This document shows, piece after piece, positions 8,636 to 18,552 of a stretch of 64,000 bases of DNA. The DNA is taken from assembly GCF_003477885.1 (NCBI RefSeq), contig NZ_QUEE01000006.1, forward strand, positions 111,628 to 175,627, in the 5' to 3' direction. Position 1 is the first letter of the stretch, and every line of letters starts with the position of its first letter. The position numbers and the translations under genes are program-made. Below the pieces are notes generated by a model. That model had not been told where the DNA came from. It saw nothing but the letters and a program-made list of their open reading frames with translations, and searched no databases. Source of the DNA: Lachnotalea sp. AF33-28. Lineage in GTDB: Bacteria > Bacillota > Clostridia > Lachnospirales > Lachnospiraceae.

Positions 8636-10954
8636 ATGATAAAAGGAAAATGGGGGGAGAATGCTATGCGGCGAAAATTTCGGTTGAACTGGATGAAGGA
8701 CAGAAAGCTGTTTGTGAAGTTTCTTGTATTCATGGTTTCGGCAAATATCCTGATCATGGCGGTCATGTCCGTCCTATTTCATTATGAGTACAAAAAGAGC
8801 ATCATGAAGAGCTTCGGTGAATCCGGTGAACAGCTGCTGCTCGAAGTGAAAAATTCAGTGGAGCTGGTTTTTGACAACATCATGCGCAGCAGCATACAGG
8901 TCTATAACGACCGGTCGGTGAAGCGCTTTATGGATGCCGACGCCTCAAAACTCGGCAGCTATGATATTATGCAGCCGGTGAAGGAGAAGCTGCAGCAGCT
9001 TAGGCTCTCCTGCAATTATGTGCATTCCGTATACCTGTATGCGCAGCGCAGCGGCAGGGTGTTCTCCACCGCCTATGGCCTGGCGGACGCAGAAGAACTG
9101 CCGGATCAGGCATTCCTTGCATGGTATGAGGCGAAAACTCCGACCATACAGATTATGAACACCCATCCGATGCGCCTGTCCCGTTATACAAAAGAATCGC
9201 TGGATGCCATTTCGGTATTCACGCTGCTGCCGATCAGCGGCTATGAGAGCGCACAGGGGGCGATGGTGGTGAACATCGACCAGAAACAGATCTATGAGAA
9301 GATCCTGGACAAACTGGCCATGGATGAACGGGCGCCCTTCTACATACTGGATGACAGCGGCCAGATCATTATGGCCAAGGACAGCGGCCAGCTTTACCGC
9401 AATATAGAAGAGTTGGATTTCTATAAAGAAAGGACTGAAGAGACATCCCGCCATTTTCTCGTCACCATAGAGGGTGGGGAGTATATGGCTATCACGGACA
9501 GCCTGCCTGAATACGGATGGCAGATTCTGTCCTTTTATCCCCTGGAATCCGTGCATACATCGACGGTCCGTATGGGACGCTTTCTGATCCTTTTCGATCT
9601 GGCCGCTATACTGATCTGCTTTGTAATGGCATGCCTGTTCTTTAATGAGAATACGAAGGATATCGATCAGCTGCTGACCAGGATGAATGAGCAGATATCC
9701 GGAAGCGGCCGGCCGGTTGACAGGGGCCGGATCTACCAGCAGGTGCGCAGGACCATATCCGAAAATGCGGATCTGACCAAGAGCCTGAATGAGACCAGAG
9801 GTCTGCTCAAAGAGAGGGTGCTGGTCAGCCTGATCCACGGCACGAAGAGCCGGGAAGAAACAGATGCGGACCTGGAGCATTATGAGATCGCTATGGCAAA
9901 AACAGATCTGCTGGTGGCGATCATAGTGCTGGAGGAGTTTGATGAGACTCTGAAAAAGCAGGATATAAAGCCGGATCTCGCATCCCTAAGCGTCACCAAC
10001 ATACTACAGAAAAACCGATTTGAGAATTCCCAGACTGTATATACGGATATCTCCGAAATCGTGCTTTTTATAGACGGAAGCCGTTATAAGGTATCCGAAA
10101 TCAATGCGGGGCTTCTGGAGATCATCCGCCTCCTGCATCAGAATCTCGGAATCCGCGCGTTTGCCGGGATCTGTGATGAAAAAACAGATGTCTATCATAT
10201 CCGCCAGGCCTATAAAAATGCCAAGGAAGCGGTCCGAAGCAGATATTTCTGTCAGGGCGATGTGGTGTATTACAGCGATATCAGAGGCGGAGACCAGACA
10301 CAGTTTTATTATCCCTTTGAGTTAGAGAAATATTTTGAACAGGCAGTCTGTCTGGGAGATACAGGGGAGGCGATGCGGCTTCTGGATGAATTCATGGAGG
10401 ATGTGGCGGGGCGCGCATATGCCAGACATTCCGGCAATATCAAGTTTCTGCTGCTGCAGTTTAACAGCTTTCTGATCAATACGGCCAATAAACTGAACAT
10501 CCCCATGGATCAGATTTACAGCAATGACAATGTCATTAAAAATATCTTCTTTATCCGCGGCAAGGAGGACGCGAAGTTTTTCTTTTCCGCGCTGCTTAAA
10601 AAGATGATTCGGGTCTATGAACAGACGCGCAGCGACAAGACCTCCCGCTATTATGAGAGAATCATGGAGTGCATCCGTGAAAACTACCGGGACAGCGCGT
10701 TTAACATGGACCGCTTAAGCGATTCTGTCGGGATCAGCCCCACCTATATCAATCAGATTTTAAACGGGAGGGAGAACCGGCCCTTTAACCAGCTGGTCAA
10801 CGAGATGAGGATTAACGCGGCGGTAGAGTGCCTGGAAAGCGGGGAATATAAGATCCAGGAGATCGCGGAAATGGTAGGCTTCAGCAGTTCCAAATATTTT
10901 ATCAGCGTATTTAAAAAGATCATGGGAGTGACGCCCGGCAACTATCAAAAATAG
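8636..10954 (+). CDS. Membrane-anchored AraC-family regulator: two TM helices, an extracytoplasmic sensor domain and a C-terminal AraC HTH (YesN-like one-component system)
   Basis: N-terminal TM helix (FVKFLVFMVSANILIMAVMSVLF), ~250-aa periplasmic region, second TM (FLILFDLAAILICFVMACLFF), C-terminal AraC HTH (ISPTYINQILNG...GFSSSKYFISVFKKIMGVTPGNYQK). The start may be the internal M at 8666. Confidence 0.7.
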   Translation: MIKGKWGENAMRRKFRLNWMKDRKLFVKFLVFMVSANILIMAVMSVLFHYEYKKSIMKSFGESGEQLLLEVKNSVELVFDNIMRSSIQVYNDRSVKRFMDADASKLGSYDIMQPVKEKLQQLRLSCNYVHSVYLYAQRSGRVFSTAYGLADAEELPDQAFLAWYEAKTPTIQIMNTHPMRLSRYTKESLDAISVFTLLPISGYESAQGAMVVNIDQKQIYEKILDKLAMDERAPFYILDDSGQIIMAKDSGQLYRNIEELDFYKERTEETSRHFLVTIEGGEYMAITDSLPEYGWQILSFYPLESVHTSTVRMGRFLILFDLAAILICFVMACLFFNENTKDIDQLLTRMNEQISGSGRPVDRGRIYQQVRRTISENADLTKSLNETRGLLKERVLVSLIHGTKSREETDADLEHYEIAMAKTDLLVAIIVLEEFDETLKKQDIKPDLASLSVTNILQKNRFENSQTVYTDISEIVLFIDGSRYKVSEINAGLLEIIRLLHQNLGIRAFAGICDEKTDVYHIRQAYKNAKEAVRSRYFCQGDVVYYSDIRGGDQTQFYYPFELEKYFEQAVCLGDTGEAMRLLDEFMEDVAGRAYARHSGNIKFLLLQFNSFLINTANKLNIPMDQIYSNDNVIKNIFFIRGKEDAKFFFSALLKKMIRVYEQTRSDKTSRYYERIMECIRENYRDSAFNMDRLSDSVGISPTYINQILNGRENRPFNQLVNEMRINAAVECLESGEYKIQEIAEMVGFSSSKYFISVFKKIMGVTPGNYQK

Positions 10955-10969
10955 CCGGCGCGCTTTGCA

Positions 10970-11016
10970 GCGGTCGGACAGCATCTCATAAGAGAGATGA
11001 TGTCCGGCCGCTTTTT
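10970..11016 (+). terminator. Rho-independent terminator after the AraC-sensor gene
   Basis: Imperfect long stem gcggtcggacagcatctc / agatgatgtccggccgc followed by TTTTT. Confidence 0.55.
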
Positions 11017-11293
11017 GCTGCCGCTATGCGGCCGCAGGCGGAGAATCCCGCTTGCCGGATTTTTTTCATCATGACTGTGGTGGAAAACAGTACATATTTT
11101 TGATTTGTGCCATATACAATTACTGGGATTTTCTATTGATTTCTGATAATTAGAATTTACGGCATATATTTTCTGCACTACAATAGAGCCAGTACAGCAC
11201 CGGCGCAGCGGATGCAACAGATCCGCATACCGGCATATCACAGCAGGCGGCATGAAACCGCAGCATAAAAAGAAGGAGAGGGTAAGGCAGAGG

Positions 11294-12241
11294 ATGAAAC
11301 CACAGGGGCTTACAGCAAAAAGAAAAAAGCCGGGCGGCGGATACTTCCGCAAATACGCGTTTCTGCACCTTATGGTGCTGCCCGGGCTGATTTATTTTCT
11401 GGTATTTAAGTATACGCCGATGTATGGGCTGATCATTGCGTTTAAGAATTACAGAGGTGCGGCCGGAGGGCTGCAGGGGATCTTTCAGGCGGATTGGGTG
11501 GGGCTTGACAATTTCATTACGTTTTTTAAGTCCGTATATTTTACAAGAGTGCTGCGCAATACGCTGCTGATCAGCTTTTACCGCATTATTTTCATGTTTC
11601 CGGCTCCGGTGCTTCTGGCGCTCATGATCAACGAGATCGGAAACAGGCATGCAAAAAAAACGGTGCAGACCATCACTTATATGCCGTATTTCCTGTCATG
11701 GGTGGTGGTGGCGGGACTGATGAACATCCTGCTCTCACCGACCAGCGGCCCGATCAACGCGATTTTGGAAAAGATCGGATTGGAACCCATATATTTCATG
11801 GGGGATTCCCGGTATTTCCGCAGTATGCTGGTAATCAGTGAAATCTGGAAAAATATCGGATACAGCTCCATCGTGTACCTGGCCGCTATATCCACCATCG
11901 ACCAGGAGCAGTTTGAAGCAGCGCGCGTGGACGGCGCGAACAGGCTGCAGCAGATCCGTTATATCACGCTGCCGGCCATCAGCGGCATCGTGGCGGTCAT
12001 GCTGATCCTTTCCGTGGGAAGGATATTGGACGATAACTTCGAACAGATCCTGAACATGTACAGCCCGGCCGTATATGAAGTATCGGATGTGTTTGAAACC
12101 TACATATACCGGTCCGGCATCGTGGACGGAAACTTTTCCTATACGGCGGCGGTGGGGCTGTTTAAGTCATTTATCGCGCTGCTTTTGATCTGGGGCACGG
12201 ATCGGGTGACCAAAAAGCTCGGTTCCGACGGACTGTTTTAG
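11294..12241 (+). CDS. Polysaccharide ABC transporter permease (LplB-like)
   Basis: Permease with an N-terminal extension typical of LplB/YtcP-type permeases. The start may alternatively be ATG 11252. Confidence 0.75.
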   Translation: MKPQGLTAKRKKPGGGYFRKYAFLHLMVLPGLIYFLVFKYTPMYGLIIAFKNYRGAAGGLQGIFQADWVGLDNFITFFKSVYFTRVLRNTLLISFYRIIFMFPAPVLLALMINEIGNRHAKKTVQTITYMPYFLSWVVVAGLMNILLSPTSGPINAILEKIGLEPIYFMGDSRYFRSMLVISEIWKNIGYSSIVYLAAISTIDQEQFEAARVDGANRLQQIRYITLPAISGIVAVMLILSVGRILDDNFEQILNMYSPAVYEVSDVFETYIYRSGIVDGNFSYTAAVGLFKSFIALLLIWGTDRVTKKLGSDGLF

Positions 12242-12244
12242 GGG

Positions 12245-13135
12245 GTGGATGAATTGAAGAAAAAAGGTTTAAACGGGGACCAGGTGTTTAAGGCGGCAAA
12301 CAGCGTACTGCTTCTCGTTGTCTGTCTGATCATGCTGTATCCGATGTTTTATGTGCTGGGACACTCGCTGATGTCGGACGTGGAACGTGCATCCAATCCT
12401 CTGCGGCTGGTGCCGAGGGCATTGGACTTATCCGGTTACCGGTTTGTCCTGTTTTCCGGGACGAGCATCGGGACGGCCTATAAGATAACCATACTGCGGA
12501 CAGCCGCGGGAACGCTGTTTAATGTGGCGGTCACAGCGCTGTTAGCCTACCCGCTGTCCAGGAAATACTATCCCGGCAGAAAGGCGCTGACGAAGATCGT
12601 TGTATTTACGATGTGGTTCAGCGGCGGCATGATACCGACCTTTCTGCTGATTAAGACGCTGAAGCTGACAAATAACTTCTGGGTCTATATTCTTCCGGGA
12701 CTGGTAAATCCATTCAACCTGATTATCTTGCGCAATTTCTTTATGCAGCTGCCGCCTTCCCTGGAGGAATCGGCAAAGCTGGACGGCGCCAACGATTTTG
12801 TGGTATTTACAAGGATCGTATTGCCGCTGTCCAAGGCGTCCATCGCGACGATCGCCCTGTTCTACGCCGTAACGCACTGGAATTCCTGGTATGATTCCAT
12901 GCTTTATGTGGGCGATAAATCCCTTTGGTCGCTGCAGTATGTCCTAAAGCAGATCATCTCCAGCGCCAGCGTGACCAACATGGCCACGGCCAGCACCGTG
13001 CTGGAGAACATACCGCCGGCGGAGACGGTGAAGATGGCTACGATCGTGGTCTCCACAATCCCGATCCTGTGTGTGTATCCTTTCCTGCAGAAATACTTTG
13101 TCAAAGGTGTTCTTGTGGGTTCGATAAAGGAGTAG
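12245..13135 (+). CDS. Carbohydrate ABC transporter permease (LplC-like)
   Basis: GTG start. Permease signature (KLDGANDFVVFTRIVLP). Confidence 0.8.
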   Translation: MDELKKKGLNGDQVFKAANSVLLLVVCLIMLYPMFYVLGHSLMSDVERASNPLRLVPRALDLSGYRFVLFSGTSIGTAYKITILRTAAGTLFNVAVTALLAYPLSRKYYPGRKALTKIVVFTMWFSGGMIPTFLLIKTLKLTNNFWVYILPGLVNPFNLIILRNFFMQLPPSLEESAKLDGANDFVVFTRIVLPLSKASIATIALFYAVTHWNSWYDSMLYVGDKSLWSLQYVLKQIISSASVTNMATASTVLENIPPAETVKMATIVVSTIPILCVYPFLQKYFVKGVLVGSIKE

Positions 13136-13142
13136 GGTATTA

Positions 13143-13333
13143 TTCACAGTTACCGAAAAGTTCCCGCACAAGAGAGGGCAGGGTATGGCCCTCATTGGGA
13201 CACGCTCTCGCTCCGTGAAGCGCGCAGCGGTTCTAACGCTGCACATTACGCAGCGAAAGAACCGGCGGGCTTCAAGGATCCCTATGAGGGCCATACCCTG
13301 TCCTCTCTTGCGCTGCTTTATCGGCAGCTTTGA
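13143..13333. repeat. Copy A of a ~190-200-bp structured repeat (33-bp inverted repeats around a conserved hairpin core)
   Basis: agagagggcagggtatggccctcattgggac ... ggatccctatgagggccataccctgtcctctc flanks the core gctctcgctccgtgaagcgcgcagcgg...ccggcgggcttcaa. The second copy is at 34638-34838 in inverse orientation. ORFs predicted inside it (12944..13537, 13272..13586) are spurious. Confidence 0.85.
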
Positions 13334-13446
13334 ATAATAGTAGGTGTAACAAGGAGTGAAGCGAGAGCTGCAAAAAAGAAATGCGCATAATAGCGCGCCT
13401 GCCATCAGCCTTTGGCTGGTGACAAAAGAAAGGAAGGAGAAAGAGA

Positions 13447-15051
13447 ATGAAAAAGAAACTATTGGCATTACTGCTGGCGTTAACCGTGACATGTGCACTC
13501 GCCGCATGCGGTGAAAAGGGCAGCGGCGCTGAAACAACGGCCGGGACAGACGGCAATGCGGGGACAGTTAAGACGCAGCAGTCCACAGAGGGAGAGGTAA
13601 AAACGGCAGACGAAGATCCCGTGATATTCGTGACCCGCGGCTACAACAATGTGGAAAACAAGGCGGATAATGAGGAAATCAGGCAGGCCATCATCGAGGC
13701 ATCCGGCATAAATTTTGAATATGTGATTGTGCCAAGCGAAAACTGGGATGACCTGGTGAATATTAAGATCGCGGCATCGGAAGAGTTTGATATGCTCAAT
13801 ATCATTAATGACAACGGCGACTGGTCCAAGTATTCCAAAAGAAACGCCCTGGTGCCGATGAATGACCTGATCGAACAGTACGGACAGAACATTCTGAAGG
13901 TTATGGGCGATTTTGACAGCCCGGTGTGGAAATCCTGCAAGGATGCTTCCGGCAATATCTACGCGCTTCCAAGGCAGGAAAGCTGGACGAAAGGCGGAGT
14001 GCCCTTTATCCGTGCGGACTGGCTGGAGGCGCTGGGGATGGAGACGCCGGCCACGATTACGGAGCTGGAGGCCTATTTTGAAGCGGTGAAAAATACGGAC
14101 TTAAACGGAAACGGTGAGAATGACGAGATTCCCTATATACCTTATGCATCCAGCCTGCTGTCCACCTTCCGTCCATATTTTCTGGGATTTCACGGAGAAC
14201 GGTACCTGGCGGATGACGGAACTGTTATGCCCTGGTACATGGATGAAAACGCGTACCAGATGCTGGAAACTTTCCACAGATGGTACGAAAAAGGCTGGCT
14301 CTATAAGGAGTATCTGACGATTACAACCGAACAGATCCAGGATCTGGTGATGGCGGACCGCATCGGCTGCGGCGCCGGCTGGTACAACGCGCCCATGGCG
14401 CCTACGGACACGGTCAGAAAATCCAACCCTGATTCAAAGATGGACTGGATTTCTCTGCCGAACCTGACGGATTTCCCAGAAGGCGGCATGCCGGCCTGGA
14501 CCACCAATCCCATCAATGTGGCGGCCGTTGTGATGTCGGCCACCAATCAGAATCCGGAGACCGCGGTCAAACTGGTGGACTGGATGTTTGCTTCCACAGA
14601 GAACTACATGCTCTGCACCTACGGAATCGAGGGAAAGCACTGGGAATGGACCGACGATTCGCATAAAACATTCCGCCGGCTGGATACGGAAAACTATAAC
14701 ATAGGATTTTATCAGTTCGTGGAATGGTTTGATACCGATATCTTCCCGAAAGAAGAAATCGACCAGGATAATTACCGGAACAACGCTATAGAGAAGATGC
14801 AGCAGGCGATTAACCGGATGGAAGTGGCGGAGACCTTTGACTATTATATCCCCTATGACTTTACAGGTACGGAGGCGGAGATGCTCAACAACGACGCGGA
14901 TACGATTATTGAAGAGGCCGCGGCCAAGGTAGTCTCCGGGGAATTCGGACAGAGCGAATGGGAAAACGCGGTGAAGACGGCCTGGGATACGGATGGAACC
15001 GTACGTTCAAAGGTCTGGACGGAGCAGTATAAGGCATTTACAACCGAGTGA
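13447..15051 (+). CDS. Extracellular solute-binding lipoprotein (LplA-like, family 1 SBP)
   Basis: Signal peptide with lipobox (LTVTCALAACGEKG), 534 aa. The size and position are typical of LplA-type binding proteins. Confidence 0.8.
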   Translation: MKKKLLALLLALTVTCALAACGEKGSGAETTAGTDGNAGTVKTQQSTEGEVKTADEDPVIFVTRGYNNVENKADNEEIRQAIIEASGINFEYVIVPSENWDDLVNIKIAASEEFDMLNIINDNGDWSKYSKRNALVPMNDLIEQYGQNILKVMGDFDSPVWKSCKDASGNIYALPRQESWTKGGVPFIRADWLEALGMETPATITELEAYFEAVKNTDLNGNGENDEIPYIPYASSLLSTFRPYFLGFHGERYLADDGTVMPWYMDENAYQMLETFHRWYEKGWLYKEYLTITTEQIQDLVMADRIGCGAGWYNAPMAPTDTVRKSNPDSKMDWISLPNLTDFPEGGMPAWTTNPINVAAVVMSATNQNPETAVKLVDWMFASTENYMLCTYGIEGKHWEWTDDSHKTFRRLDTENYNIGFYQFVEWFDTDIFPKEEIDQDNYRNNAIEKMQQAINRMEVAETFDYYIPYDFTGTEAEMLNNDADTIIEEAAAKVVSGEFGQSEWENAVKTAWDTDGTVRSKVWTEQYKAFTTE

Positions 15052-15062
15052 GCAATTGAAAG

Positions 15063-15105
15063 CCTGGGGCGGGGCGGTTGAACGGCATACCGCTTACCCG
15101 CCCCG
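15063..15105 (+). other. GC-rich intra-operon stem-loop (GGGGCGGG...CCCGCCCC) without a U-tract
   Basis: ggggcggggcggttgaacggcataccgcttacccgcccc, immediately after the SBP stop. It could be an mRNA stabiliser or processing site. Confidence 0.4.
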
Positions 15106-15121
15106 AAAGAAGGAAACGAAA

Positions 15122-16129
15122 ATGGAACAGGTTAAGATCTATACACTGGAAAATGAAACGCTTGGAGTGTCGGTGAGCAATGCGGGCGCGACGGTTCTGT
15201 CACTGGAACTAAAGGAGGACGGACGTCCCCCCTGTGATGTGCTGCTGGGCACGCCGGATCCGGGGAGCAGACTGCTCCCTGGCCCGATGTTCGGCGCCAC
15301 ACTGGGGCGGACGGCCGGCAAGACGATGCCGCCCGCTTACCGCTGTCAGGGAAAAGAGATCCGGCTGGATCCGAACCGGCAGACCTATCACTGCCATGGC
15401 GGTTTCAAAGGATTTGACAAACAGATCTATGAAGTAAAACAGGAGAGCGCGGCATCCATAACCATGTGCCGCATGAGTCCGGACGGGGAAGGCGGTTATC
15501 CGGGAAATCTTCAGGTGAAGATCCGATTTTCGCTGGAACATCGGGCCTTGTGTATCGGGTACATGGCGAAATCCGACAGGGATACCGTTGTCAGCATCAG
15601 CAACCATCTCTATTTCAACCTGAATGGGCAGGGAAACGGGGACGTGCTGGGGCATACGGTCCGGATCCCGTCCGGCAGGGTGCTGCATATCGACGGGCAG
15701 GGCGTTTCCGACGGCGGCATCCGGCAGACTGCGGGGACGCCCTTTGACTTTACAAGGCCCTGCCGGATCGGTGAACAGATGGCAAAGGAAGATGAACAGC
15801 TTAAGTTTGCCGGAGGCTTCGATCATACCTATCTTCGGGAAGTAAGTGCTGCAGAACCTGTGCTGGAAGCATGGGGGGACCGTTCGGACATCCGGATGCG
15901 GGTATATACGGATCTGCCTGCCATTCAGTTTTATGTGGCAGATTTTGAAGGAACCGGCATCATGGGCAAGGGCGGCCGCTCCTATCGCGGCAGGGACGGC
16001 TTCTGTGTGGAACCGCTGTTCCCGCCAAATGCCATGAATACGGATTTGTCGCCCAAGCCCGTGCTCAAGGCGGGGGATACGTGGCACTACACGGTCAGAT
16101 ACGCGTTCGATATTGGAAATGAGGGATGA
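15122..16129 (+). CDS. Aldose 1-epimerase (galactose mutarotase)
   Basis: Start MEQVKIYTLENETLGVSVSNAGATV with an upstream GAAGGAAACG site; the track ORF starts earlier at 14993. Mutarotase family. Confidence 0.7.
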   Translation: MEQVKIYTLENETLGVSVSNAGATVLSLELKEDGRPPCDVLLGTPDPGSRLLPGPMFGATLGRTAGKTMPPAYRCQGKEIRLDPNRQTYHCHGGFKGFDKQIYEVKQESAASITMCRMSPDGEGGYPGNLQVKIRFSLEHRALCIGYMAKSDRDTVVSISNHLYFNLNGQGNGDVLGHTVRIPSGRVLHIDGQGVSDGGIRQTAGTPFDFTRPCRIGEQMAKEDEQLKFAGGFDHTYLREVSAAEPVLEAWGDRSDIRMRVYTDLPAIQFYVADFEGTGIMGKGGRSYRGRDGFCVEPLFPPNAMNTDLSPKPVLKAGDTWHYTVRYAFDIGNEG

Positions 16130-18437
16130 GATGAGAGAAAAACTATTAATGGATTATGGATGGAAATTCCATCCGGATGATCTTAAATATCCGGAACCGG
16201 TGAATTTCAGCCATTATTACAACCGGACAAAGGCGGAATCCGGCAAGGGGCCGGCCAATCCCTGCTTTTATGATCTGGATTGGCAGGAGGTGGATCTGCC
16301 CCATGACTACGCGGTGGAATCCGCGCCTGACCCGTCCTATACCAACGCTCTGGGATTTATGCGAAGGCAGAACGCCTGGTACCGCAGGCTCTTTTCCCTG
16401 TCGCCGGAGGATGAGGGGAAGAGGATCTGTCTGCAGTTTGACGGCGTGGCCACCCACTGTACGGTATGGGTCAACGGACAGCTGCTGATGCGTAATTTCT
16501 GCGGTTATACTTCTTTTACAGTGGATATCACCGACGCCGCCAATTATGGGGAGCTGTTAAATCTGGTGGCGGTTTATGTGGATACATCGGAATTTGAAGG
16601 CTGGTGGTATGAGGGCGCCGGTATCTACCGGCATGTATGGATGATCAAAACGGCGGATGTTTCCGTAGGGGAATGGGGCACTTTTGTAAAGCCCGTCCGA
16701 AAGGAAGACGGCAGCTGGGAGGTGGAAACGGAAACCCGGCTGCGCAATGACAGCCTGCGGGAACGGACGGTGAAGCTGACCACCGCTTTGGACGGTCCGG
16801 GCATGGCATCATCCGAGGTGACGCTCCCTGCAAAGGAAACGGTGACCGTGCGCCAGACCTTCTGTGCGGGGAATCCGCGCCTCTGGTCCTTGGAGGATCC
16901 GTACCTGTATCAGGCCGTATCTTCGGTGGAGGAAAACGGCAGACTGCTGGATCGGACAGAGACAGAGTTCGGGTTCAGGGAGATCCGTTTTTCTGCGGAG
17001 GAAGGTTTCTTCTTAAACGGAAAGCCGGTGAAGCTGAAAGGAGTCTGCAGCCATGAGGACCAGGGGAACCTGGGCACAGCGCTGCCGGATGATATCCGCA
17101 GGCAGAGGCTTGCCATGATCAAATCCATGGGCTGCAACGCTCTGCGCTGTTCCCATAACCCTCCTGCGCCGGAGACGCTTTCGCTCTGTGACCGGCTGGG
17201 AATCCTGGTCATGGATGAGAACCGGTGGTTCGGCAGCTCGGCGGAGGTCCTGGGAGAGCTTGAGAGCATGATCCGGCGGGACAGGAACCATCCCTGCATC
17301 ATCATGTGGTCCATGGCCAATGAGGAAGCGCTGCAGACCACGGCCAAGGGGCGCAGAATCTTAAATTCCATGCGTGTGTTCGCGAGAAAGCTTGACGATA
17401 CAAGGCCGATCATGATGGCCATGGATAACGGGCTGCTCTCCGATGCCACCACTACTTCGGCGGATGTCATCGGCATCAACTACAATGAAGGATTATATGA
17501 CAGCATACACAGCATGTTTCCCAACCAGCCCATGGTGGCCTCTGAGATCGGCGGAAAGATTCTGGAGTACGGAGTGATGGGAGATGCCAGCGGCGAGGAC
17601 TGGGAGGCGGTCAATACCCGGCCGTTTATGATGGGGATGTTTAAATGGGTGGCCTTCGGCTACCGCGGTGAATCCAGAGGATGGCCGCGCATCTATTCCA
17701 GGAGCGGTATCATAGAGATGAACGCCAGACCTAAGGAAAATACCTGGTTTTATAAACAGATGTGGGGGGAGCAGGAATTCACGAAGATCTACCCGATCCA
17801 TTGGAACTGGCAGGGGAAAGAAGGGGAAACTATTCCTGTCCGCGTCTATACGGCCGGTGAGGAGACGGAACTGTTCTTAAACGGAGTATCCCTGGGGCGC
17901 CTCACGGTCAATCCGACCCGCAGAACCACCTGGCAGGTGCCCTATCGGGAGGGCGTCTTAACGGCGGTTTCCTACCGGTCCGGGAGGGCGGTCAGCGAGG
18001 ATTCGGTCATGACAACAGAAGCTCCGGCAAGGGTGCGTCTGACTCCCGACAGGGATGCGCTGCATGCCGACCGGAGGAGCGTTGTCACTTTTGACGCTTC
18101 GCTGGAAGACGGAAAAGGCCGTCCGGTTCTGTGGGAGAATGCCTGTGTGGAATTTGAGGTGGAAGGGCCGGCCGTGCTCCTGGCTGCAGGTAACAGCGAT
18201 CCATACGAACATCTGGGAGCCAGAGTGCCCAGACGGAAACTGCATAACGGAAGCTGTCAGCTGATTTTAAGGGCGGGCAGCACGGCGGGAGCGGTGAAGG
18301 TGACGGCGTCCTGCAAAGGCCTGGAGCCGGCGGAATATACGCTTCCGATACTGCCCTGCGAAAGAGAGCCCCATGTGCCTGTGGAGATCGAGACGGATGC
18401 GCTGACCTATTTTGCCCGCATGACGGAACAGAATTAA
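16113..18437 (+). CDS. Glycoside hydrolase family 2 beta-galactosidase/beta-glucuronidase-like
   Basis: 774 aa. GH2 sugar-binding, immunoglobulin-like and TIM-barrel regions. Confidence 0.8.
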   Translation: MEMRDEMREKLLMDYGWKFHPDDLKYPEPVNFSHYYNRTKAESGKGPANPCFYDLDWQEVDLPHDYAVESAPDPSYTNALGFMRRQNAWYRRLFSLSPEDEGKRICLQFDGVATHCTVWVNGQLLMRNFCGYTSFTVDITDAANYGELLNLVAVYVDTSEFEGWWYEGAGIYRHVWMIKTADVSVGEWGTFVKPVRKEDGSWEVETETRLRNDSLRERTVKLTTALDGPGMASSEVTLPAKETVTVRQTFCAGNPRLWSLEDPYLYQAVSSVEENGRLLDRTETEFGFREIRFSAEEGFFLNGKPVKLKGVCSHEDQGNLGTALPDDIRRQRLAMIKSMGCNALRCSHNPPAPETLSLCDRLGILVMDENRWFGSSAEVLGELESMIRRDRNHPCIIMWSMANEEALQTTAKGRRILNSMRVFARKLDDTRPIMMAMDNGLLSDATTTSADVIGINYNEGLYDSIHSMFPNQPMVASEIGGKILEYGVMGDASGEDWEAVNTRPFMMGMFKWVAFGYRGESRGWPRIYSRSGIIEMNARPKENTWFYKQMWGEQEFTKIYPIHWNWQGKEGETIPVRVYTAGEETELFLNGVSLGRLTVNPTRRTTWQVPYREGVLTAVSYRSGRAVSEDSVMTTEAPARVRLTPDRDALHADRRSVVTFDASLEDGKGRPVLWENACVEFEVEGPAVLLAAGNSDPYEHLGARVPRRKLHNGSCQLILRAGSTAGAVKVTASCKGLEPAEYTLPILPCEREPHVPVEIETDALTYFARMTEQN

Positions 18438-18552
18438 GGTGTGACCGGCAGCCTGTGGGATGCTGCGGAACATGGACAGAACAAAGGTGCGCTTTGCGCA
18501 CATATGGGCGTATTCTGCCTGCATAACAGAAACAAGGAAGCGAGGAAAAGGA

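Noticed and set aside
8945-9880. 311-aa minus-strand ORF
   Set aside because: Antisense inside the membrane AraC-sensor gene. Typical high-GC shadow ORF.
12944-13586. ORFs 12944..13537 (197 aa) and 13272..13586 (104 aa) on the minus strand
   Set aside because: They run through the structured repeat and overlap the permease gene antisense. The translations are Ser/Arg/Cys-rich nonsense.
15209-16087. 292-aa minus-strand ORF
   Set aside because: Antisense to the aldose epimerase gene. Arg/Pro/Gly-rich, no domains.
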